39,677 nt of DNA, from contig JAZNIA010000068.1 in assembly GCA_045577195.1 (NCBI GenBank), positions 1-39,677 on the forward strand. The letters run 5' to 3'. This DNA is from Congzhengia sp. GTDB taxonomy: Bacteria; Bacillota; Clostridia; UBA1381; UBA9506. The translations under genes and the position numbers were made by a program. Each line of letters starts with the position of its first letter. The stretch's first letter is position 1. Positions 1-6,419 of the stretch are shown piece by piece. Below the pieces are notes generated by a model. That model made no database searches. It was not told where the DNA came from and was given only the letters and a program-made list of their open reading frames with translations.

Positions 1-498
1 GATAAGTTCTTTCACTATGTTTTTCATAAACCATTAACAGTAAGTTCTATGGGAAAACCATTAGAGGGCACCGTATTACCTGATGATAAAGAATATTCTT
101 TAACAGCAGACAAAAATAGTCCTTATAATAGAACGAAATATATTGATACTGATGATATTTCAATATATTATGCATCTTCAAATCCAAATGGTACATGGAT
201 GAGGGGAGAACAAAACGCAGAAGATATTGGTAATATTTGGGCAAGTACTTATTGGCATTTATTAAAAGAGAATGATACGATTTATAAATTTGATACAATG
301 GAAGAATTTGCAAATAAATCAAAAGAACTGTTTGATTATTATGAAAATACAAAATATAGTATAAAGTATAATAATTTGTTTGTAATTGAGAAAGAGAATA
401 TAAAGCATTCAGGTACTTCGCAAGATGTTACACTACAAACTGCTATTCGTACTTTACAAGAGTACATGGATTTGTTAGAAGAATTAGAAAATCGTTAA
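1..498 (+). CDS. Hypothetical protein, 5'-truncated by the window edge, AT-rich
   Basis: Frame 1 is open from base 1 (DKFFHYVFHKPLTVSSMGKP...) to TAA at 496-498; no family recognised. Confidence 0.6.
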   Translation, partial: DKFFHYVFHKPLTVSSMGKPLEGTVLPDDKEYSLTADKNSPYNRTKYIDTDDISIYYASSNPNGTWMRGEQNAEDIGNIWASTYWHLLKENDTIYKFDTMEEFANKSKELFDYYENTKYSIKYNNLFVIEKENIKHSGTSQDVTLQTAIRTLQEYMDLLEELENR

Positions 499-608
499 GT
501 TTTATGTTACAAAAATCGTTGTACATAGATGTTTTATCACATATCAGCGAAAAATCGAATCGTATTGTTCGCAATATTTTAACGGATTCTATAAAAAACA
601 AAAAAGTG

Positions 609-637
609 TTGACATTATCGGAAAAACATGCTATAAT
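609..637 (+). promoter_or_regulatory. sigmaA promoter with extended -10
   Basis: TTGACA 609-614, 17-bp spacer, TG-n-TATAAT 629-637, A-rich UP-like tract upstream. Confidence 0.92.
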
Positions 638-654
638 CAAAACAATTGAATACG

Positions 655-931
655 AAAGACAAGGAAGAGAAGGAGTAGATTTCCTGACCTGTGCATAGAG
701 AGAAGCGGACGGTGGAAGCGCTTTGACAGAGGGATTTTGAAGTAGTCTCGGAGTTGCGGACTGAACGGGAGTTGTTCCTCAGTAGGCTCCGACGGAGTGT
801 GTTCCGCCGTAGAAAGGGAAGGCGGCATAGCGTATGTTCGTTGTGTCGGATAAGGCGCGGGAAGTAACGAGCCCGTGCAAAGTTAGGTGGTATCACGAGT
901 CATTCGTCCTAATGGGGGAATGACTCTTTTT
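655..931 (+). ncRNA. T-box riboswitch, probable Val (GUA) specifier, transcriptional type
   Basis: Stem I with AGTA, AGAGA and GGTGGAA boxes; specifier loop GAA-GTA-G (GTA 742-744) closed by gaga/tctc; stem II with GAA/AGTA S-turn; antiterminator ttagg-TGGTATC-acg / cgt-cctaa (883-912); competing terminator. Confidence 0.93.
897..931 (+). terminator. T-box intrinsic terminator
   Basis: gagtcattc 897-905 / gaatgactc 918-926 followed by TTTTT; overlaps the antiterminator 3' strand. Confidence 0.9.
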
Positions 932-960
932 ATTGATTTTGCAACAAAGGAGTAAGAGCG

Positions 961-2613
961 ATGGAATTGTTAAACAATTATATGCCTCAAACAGAGTTTG
1001 ATAGCTACGAGGAGTTTGCGGAAAAATTTAAAATCAATGTACCCGAAAACTTTGATTTTGCCAGAGACATTGTGGATGAATGGGGAAAATCAGAGCCGGA
1101 AAAGGTTGCGCTGGTATATTGCAACGATGAGGGGAACGAACGCATTTTGACCTTTGCGGAAATCTCCGAACGTTCTAAACGAATGGCAAGTTATTTTGAA
1201 TCTTTGGGTATCTGTCCCGGCGACCGCGTTATCACGCTGATGCGCCGCAGATGGGAATACTGGGTTTTGGCGGTTGCACTGCATAGAATGGGTGCAGTTT
1301 TAGTTCCTGCCTCCATTCAGCTGACAACAAAAGACATTGCTTACCGCGTTGATAGCGCAGAAGCAAAAATGATTATTGCGATTGACGATGCCTTTGTCCG
1401 CGCGCAGATTGCGCCCGTTCCCGCGCAGTGTGAAACCTTAAAGCACATTGTAATTGTAAGCGACAATCCCGTCACCGATTACTGTGACTTAAACAACGAA
1501 TATCCCAAATATGATTTGTATGAAAAACCGGTTTGCCGAACCAATGATGATGAAATGGTTATATATTTCACATCGTGTACATCGTGTTATCCCAAAATGG
1601 CAATTCATAACCGCACATACCCCTTAGGTCATATTACTACGGCGAAATATATGCAGCGCGTATTAAATAACGGGTTGCATTTGACACAGTCTGACAGCGG
1701 CTGGGCAAAATTTGGATGGGGAAATATCTACGGGCAGTGGATTTGCGGGTCTGCAATTTTCGGATATGATCCGCTTCGGTTTGATGCAGAAAGCTTTATT
1801 AAAGTTATCGCAAAATACCGACCCACAACCATGTGCGTACCGCCGACGATGTATCGCTTGATGCTGCACAGCGGAATTCATAAGGAGGATTTTGCCTCTG
1901 TCACGTGGTTTGCAACGGCAGGTGAACCCTTATCTGATGAAGTAAATCGTGAATGGAAAGAAATTACGGGACAGGATATTCACGTTGGGTTTGGGCAAAG
2001 CGAAGGTTCACCCATTTGCTGTACCTTCCAGTGGCTTAAGGTTCGCTCCGGTTCGATGGGCAGACCGTCGCCTTTATATGATGTGCGCATTTTAGCAGCC
2101 GACGGTGGCTACTGCGACGCAGGTGAAGAGGGCGAAATTGTCATTATTCCTGCGGAAAAGCAGGTTGGCTTGCTCACCAGATATTCCTTAAACAGAGAAC
2201 CCATTCAGCCTCTGCAGGGCGGTGTATATCATACGGGTGATATTGCTTATAAGGATACCGACGGATATTTTTACTATGTATGCCGAAACGATGATATGAT
2301 AAAATCTTCCGGTTACCGTATTGGACCTTATGAAATTGAAAGTGTTTTAAACACGCATCCTGCGGTAAAGGAAAGCGCCATTGTAGGCGTGCCGGACGAA
2401 ATTCGCGGTCAGCTCATTTGTGCCATTGTGGTACTGCGCGAGGGCTTTACGCCGTCTGAGCAGTTGACCAAAGAACTGCAGGTTCATGTTAAGAAAAATA
2501 CGGCGCCTTATAAATATCCCCGCGTCGTAAAATATATTGACGATCTTCCAAAAACCACGTCAGGAAAGATTATGCGAAAGGATTTAAATGCGTTGGCGGA
2601 AAGCTTAAAATAA
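961..2613 (+). CDS. AMP-forming acyl-CoA synthetase (ANL superfamily, short/medium/branched-chain type)
   Basis: RBS AAGGAG; motifs YFTS(C)TS(C)YPK, AGEPL, FGQSE, YHTGD, (C)RNDDMIKSSGYRIGP, LPKTTSGK. Confidence 0.92.
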   Translation: MELLNNYMPQTEFDSYEEFAEKFKINVPENFDFARDIVDEWGKSEPEKVALVYCNDEGNERILTFAEISERSKRMASYFESLGICPGDRVITLMRRRWEYWVLAVALHRMGAVLVPASIQLTTKDIAYRVDSAEAKMIIAIDDAFVRAQIAPVPAQCETLKHIVIVSDNPVTDYCDLNNEYPKYDLYEKPVCRTNDDEMVIYFTSCTSCYPKMAIHNRTYPLGHITTAKYMQRVLNNGLHLTQSDSGWAKFGWGNIYGQWICGSAIFGYDPLRFDAESFIKVIAKYRPTTMCVPPTMYRLMLHSGIHKEDFASVTWFATAGEPLSDEVNREWKEITGQDIHVGFGQSEGSPICCTFQWLKVRSGSMGRPSPLYDVRILAADGGYCDAGEEGEIVIIPAEKQVGLLTRYSLNREPIQPLQGGVYHTGDIAYKDTDGYFYYVCRNDDMIKSSGYRIGPYEIESVLNTHPAVKESAIVGVPDEIRGQLICAIVVLREGFTPSEQLTKELQVHVKKNTAPYKYPRVVKYIDDLPKTTSGKIMRKDLNALAESLK

Positions 2614-2626
2614 AATAGAAAAAATG

Positions 2627-2668
2627 GGGACTGTAGCAAAATGAAATTATTCTGCTACAGTCCCTTTT
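2627..2668. terminator. Bidirectional intrinsic terminator (GCTGTAGC-family hairpin)
   Basis: gggactgtagca 2627-2638 / tgctacagtccc 2653-2664, TTTT after and A-tract before; lies between convergent genes. Confidence 0.8.
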
Positions 2669-2911
2669 GGGCTGGACGGAAAATCGTGCAGATTAGACAA
2701 ACTGAACCCGTAGGGGTGTGCCCCGAAGCTGTACATAAGTACAGCGAGTGGTTCAGTTTGCCTAAAACACAAGGCATAAAAAACAGAAGAAATTCGAATA
2801 ATTCGAATTTCTTCCTTTTGTTTTGCATCATTTCAAATTATTGATTTACTGAAAAGCCATCAATCAAGCTTTTCCTTTGCCTTGTGTGGTCTGTGCATTT
2901 TACTACAGCCC
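2669..2911. mobile_element. Putative MITE-like / multibranch structured repeat element
   Basis: Ends gggctg..aaaat / atttt..cagccc flanked by TTTT on both sides; nested inverted repeats 2693-2708/2750-2765, 2713-2724, 2728-2745, 2767-2776/2878-2887, 2786-2814, 2851-2874; no transposase. Confidence 0.5.
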
Positions 2912-2919
2912 TTTTCTTC

Positions 2920-4083
2920 TTATTTGGCTTTAAAACGACTGTACACCGTTCCTTTTTCTAATTGATACCCCTTTGCTTTTGCAAGCTCGCTGACCGTGAC
3001 CAACTGATACCCACGGTCAATCAACAGAGGAATCAGACGAACCGCCGCGTCGGCAGATTGGCTGTATAAATCGTGCATTAAAATCACAGAGCCGTCCTTT
3101 ACCTCGTTTAATACGCAGCTTACTGTTTTATCGGCGTTGCGTGTTTTCCAGTCAAGCGTGTCAATAGACCACAAAATGAGCGGCATGCCTGCCACCTTCT
3201 GCACGGTACTGTTATAGTTGCCGTAAGGCGGGCGAAGAAGGCGCGGCGTAGTGCCGCCGGCACTGATAATGGCGCTGTTTGTGCGTTCCAGCTGCGATTT
3301 TATGCTGTCGGCTCCCAGCGTTTTCAGGTTTGGATGCGTCATCGTGTGGTTTCCGATTTCCATACCCAATTGGTGAGCACGCTTTAGCGTGTTCGGATAT
3401 GCGTTGACACTGTTTCCCACCACAAAAAAGGTTGCCTTAGCGCCATACTGCTCCAGACAGTCTAATATGCGGTCGGTATATTTGCTGGGGCCGTCGTCAA
3501 AGGTCAGTGCAATCATTTTACCATTCGGGCGGGGAATGTCTTCAGGGCGCTCATACCAGCCCACGTTTTTATAAGCTTCTATTTCCGTTTTTTTCGTCAC
3601 ACGGGTACGTCCGTCAGCGGCGTACATGATGCAAACCGGCTCTAAATACCAGCCTACGTTAAGATAAGCCTCGACCTCGGTTTTTTTCGTTACGCGGGTG
3701 CGCCCGTCCGCGGCATACATGGTGCAGACCGGCTCTAAATACCAACCTACGTTAAGATAAGCCTCGACTTCAGCTGTTTTTGTTACTCTGGTCCGTCCAT
3801 CGGCAGCATACATGTTGCAGACCGGCTCATCAAACCATGCATCCTCTGGATATTGTGCGCGGTCAGACCGTTTTATCATTTTCGCGTTTCCTGCGGGGGA
3901 GTATATGGTGATATATGTCTCATGGGGGTTGACACTTGCTCCCATCGCCGTTTCTGCCATAACCAGGCTTTTTCCCACCAGTCTGGTCGAGCCATCGGGA
4001 TAATAAAGCCGTGTGAGTGCGTCTGCGCGAATCCCGGTGCAAACCACAATCGCGACCAATATGTACATTAGTATTCTTTTCAT
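2920..4083 (-). CDS. Secreted polysaccharide/peptidoglycan deacetylase (CE4, NodB domain) with N-terminal tandem repeats
   Basis: Signal peptide; TFDDGP, NHTMTH, RPPYG, DTLDW, LMHD motifs. Confidence 0.93.
   Translation of the reverse strand: MKRILMYILVAIVVCTGIRADALTRLYYPDGSTRLVGKSLVMAETAMGASVNPHETYITIYSPAGNAKMIKRSDRAQYPEDAWFDEPVCNMYAADGRTRVTKTAEVEAYLNVGWYLEPVCTMYAADGRTRVTKKTEVEAYLNVGWYLEPVCIMYAADGRTRVTKKTEIEAYKNVGWYERPEDIPRPNGKMIALTFDDGPSKYTDRILDCLEQYGAKATFFVVGNSVNAYPNTLKRAHQLGMEIGNHTMTHPNLKTLGADSIKSQLERTNSAIISAGGTTPRLLRPPYGNYNSTVQKVAGMPLILWSIDTLDWKTRNADKTVSCVLNEVKDGSVILMHDLYSQSADAAVRLIPLLIDRGYQLVTVSELAKAKGYQLEKGTVYSRFKAK
3550..3828 (-). repeat. Three intragenic 93-bp (31-aa) tandem repeats
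   Basis: accggctc recurs at a 93-bp period (about 3635, 3728, 3821); unit EPVCxMYAADGRTRVTKxxEVEAYLNVGWY. Confidence 0.92.
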
Positions 4084-4113
4084 AAAAACTCCTCTTTTGC
4101 ATGCAAGGAGGTC

Positions 4114-4176
4114 AAAAAAACCTCACAATACATCAAATGGTCCTGATACCATTATAATATATTGTGAGGTTTTTTT
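4114..4176 (-). terminator. Terminator-like hairpin after thiN
   Basis: 17-bp perfect inverted repeat aaaaaaacctcacaata / tattgtgaggttttttt. Confidence 0.7.
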
Positions 4177-4179
4177 CAA
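4151..4179 (-). promoter_or_regulatory. sigmaA promoter for the deacetylase
   Basis: Minus strand TTGAAA-17bp-TATAAT. Confidence 0.75.
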
Positions 4180-4207
4180 GGTTTTCCCCTAATTTTCAAC
4201 ATTTTTC

Positions 4208-4828
4208 TTATTTGGACTTACAAATCATCACGAGCAAAAGACCGTTTCCGGGATCGATTTCTGCGTACTCTTCCGTAAATTCGTTGCTGACGCCGTACGG
4301 GTTTCCTAAGTCCATCGTGGCGTCCTCTAATGGATAGAACACGCCGGTCTCTTTTACGTGCTCGCATTTGGTGAGCGGAATTGCAGAGATGCAAAAGCCC
4401 TCTCGTTTCAAAAACCGGGTCGGATGGTCGATTAATGTTACAGAACTTGTCTCGTCAACCAGCTCGCACGTTGCGCCGCGGTCCAAACAAAATTTGAGCA
4501 AATGAATGTTGGCAAGCGTGTGATCAATTCTTCCGCCCAGCGCACCAATCACCGTGATATGTTCAGCGCCGCGGGACAGAGCAATCGTCATTGCCTCTTG
4601 TGTGTCGGTCATATCCTTGATTGGAGGAAGGACAAAGGTCTCCTTGCTTTGAATGGAGACATCTTCGGGAAGTGAATCTAAGTCTCCCACAAAAATGTGG
4701 GGCACAATGCCAAGTGCCTTTGCGTGCAGATACCCTTTATCGGCACAAAGAATCAGGTCATAGTCAGTCGGCAGAATGCCGTCAGGCAAGCCGGAACACG
4801 GCCCGCCCGATATAATCAGCACCTTCAT
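4208..4828 (-). CDS. thiN: Thiamine pyrophosphokinase
   Basis: CADKG, GDLDS, KDMTD, GALGGRIDH, GVSNE motifs; conserved position after rpe. Confidence 0.93.
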   Translation of the reverse strand: MKVLIISGGPCSGLPDGILPTDYDLILCADKGYLHAKALGIVPHIFVGDLDSLPEDVSIQSKETFVLPPIKDMTDTQEAMTIALSRGAEHITVIGALGGRIDHTLANIHLLKFCLDRGATCELVDETSSVTLIDHPTRFLKREGFCISAIPLTKCEHVKETGVFYPLEDATMDLGNPYGVSNEFTEEYAEIDPGNGLLLVMICKSK

Positions 4829-5478
4829 TGTTTTTGCTCCCCGCCTTTTAAAAAGGCTTGTACTGCGGCTTTCGGGTCACTTGCGCCAAATACCGCTGTT
4901 CCTGCGACCAAAACGTTTGCCCCGTAGGATACAGGAATGTGCATATTGTCAAGCCCTATGCCTCCGTCTACCTCTATGTCGAAGTCGCTGCCGAAAAATG
5001 CGCGGGCAGCCTTAATTTTTTCGTTTACATCCTCTATATAACTCTGACCGCCAAAACCGGCATACACAGACATAATCAGCGCCATATCCATCTTGTCACG
5101 GTAGGGGAACATGGTTTCCACGGGAATATCCGGGTTTACGGCAAGACCGGCACGGATACCGTGGGCATGAATCGCGTCCAGCGTTTTTTCTGCGTCGCTG
5201 TTTGAATTGACATGGAATGTAATGATGTCAGCGCCTGCCTTTGCAAAATCGTCAATATAATCAAGCGGATTTGAAATCATAAGATGCACGTCAAAAACCT
5301 GTTTGCTTTTGGAACGAATCCATTTCATCACAGGTGCACCAAAGGAAATATTGGGCACGAAATGACCGTCCATCACGTCGATATGCAAATACTGTGCGCC
5401 TGCCTGCTCTATTTCGGCAACGCAGTCCCCCAGACGGGAAAAGTCCGCCGATAAAATGGAAGGTGCTAAAATAATCAT
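4825..5478 (-). CDS. rpe: Ribulose-phosphate 3-epimerase
   Basis: APSILSADF, HIDVMDGHFVPN, DVHLM, EVDGGI. Confidence 0.96.
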   Translation of the reverse strand: MIILAPSILSADFSRLGDCVAEIEQAGAQYLHIDVMDGHFVPNISFGAPVMKWIRSKSKQVFDVHLMISNPLDYIDDFAKAGADIITFHVNSNSDAEKTLDAIHAHGIRAGLAVNPDIPVETMFPYRDKMDMALIMSVYAGFGGQSYIEDVNEKIKAARAFFGSDFDIEVDGGIGLDNMHIPVSYGANVLVAGTAVFGASDPKAAVQAFLKGGEQKQ

Positions 5479-5519
5479 ATGGGAGTCCTCCGTTTTTCAG
5501 ATGTATCAAATTTGCAGCA

Positions 5520-6401
5520 TCAAAGCTGCCAGGTCTTAATGTTTTTTAAATCCTCAAACATTGCGCAGTAGCTTTTATAGCGGTTTTCACCGATTTTGCC
5601 AGCCGAAAGCGCCTCTTTTACGGCGCAATCCGGCTCGGAAATGTGGCTACAGCCGGGGAAACGGCATTTTCCGTCATAGGGATAAAACTCGGGAAACAAC
5701 GCTGCCAAATCCTGCGCCATGCGTTTTTCTGTTTCATAAGAACCGAAGCCCGGTGTGTCAAATACAAAACCGCCAAAGGACAAGGGAAACAACTCTGTAT
5801 GTCTTGTGGTGTGCTTGCCACGCTTGATTTTGTCGCTGACAGAACCGGTTTTTAGGTTCAGCTTTTCGCCCATCGCGTTGAGCAGACTGGACTTTCCGAC
5901 GCCGGAGCTTCCTGCCAAAGCCGTAATTTTATCTTGAAGGAGCGCCTTTAAATCCTCAATACCCTCGCCGGTTACAGCAGAACAAATCAAAACGGGAAAA
6001 CCCGCCAAACGGTATTCCGCTTCTAAAAGGTGCGCGGTTTTCCGGTCAAGCTCCGTTTTGTTGATGCAGATTGCGCAGGAAACCTTTTGTGCAACTGCAG
6101 AAACTGTGAGTTTATCAATGAGCTCTAAAGCCGGGTCAGGATCTTTTGCTGCAAAGGTAACCAAAAGCTGATCGATGTTAGAAACAGGCGGGCGGAAAAA
6201 CACGTTGCTACGCGGAAAAATCTTTGTGACATATCCTTCGCAGCTACCGGAGCCGGAGAGGTCAATTTCAACAAAATCGCCTACAACAGGCGTTGTACCA
6301 TCTTTGCGGAACTTCCCTCGGGCGCGGCAGGAATAGGTGTTGCCGTTGTCACATTTCACATAATAGAATCCGCCGATTCCTTTCATAATGGTTCCTTGCA
6401 T
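5520..6401 (-). CDS. rsgA: Ribosome small subunit-dependent GTPase A
   Basis: OB fold, permuted G motifs NKTE, GSSGVGKSS, GKHTT, DTPGF; C-terminal CRFPGCSHISEPDC zinc finger. Confidence 0.96.
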   Translation of the reverse strand: MQGTIMKGIGGFYYVKCDNGNTYSCRARGKFRKDGTTPVVGDFVEIDLSGSGSCEGYVTKIFPRSNVFFRPPVSNIDQLLVTFAAKDPDPALELIDKLTVSAVAQKVSCAICINKTELDRKTAHLLEAEYRLAGFPVLICSAVTGEGIEDLKALLQDKITALAGSSGVGKSSLLNAMGEKLNLKTGSVSDKIKRGKHTTRHTELFPLSFGGFVFDTPGFGSYETEKRMAQDLAALFPEFYPYDGKCRFPGCSHISEPDCAVKEALSAGKIGENRYKSYCAMFEDLKNIKTWQL

Positions 6402-6419
6402 GAAATAAGTCCGCCTTTC

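Noticed and set aside
504-896. ORFs 504..698(+), 615..896(-), 637..828(-)
   Set aside because: They overlap the promoter and T-box RNA, with no RBS or recognisable protein features
1570-2283. Genetic-code reassignment of TGY to Gly to explain the Cys substitutions
   Set aside because: Cys occupies required positions elsewhere (RlmN CxxxCxxC, RsgA and RecO zinc fingers, MurI), so the code is standard
2641-2844. 67-aa ORF in the structured intergenic region
   Set aside because: Starts inside a terminator loop with no RBS; explained by the inverted-repeat element
3550-3828. 93-bp periodicity as a CRISPR array or DGR repeat
   Set aside because: In-frame coding repeats with synonymous variation, no unique spacers, no cas or reverse transcriptase gene
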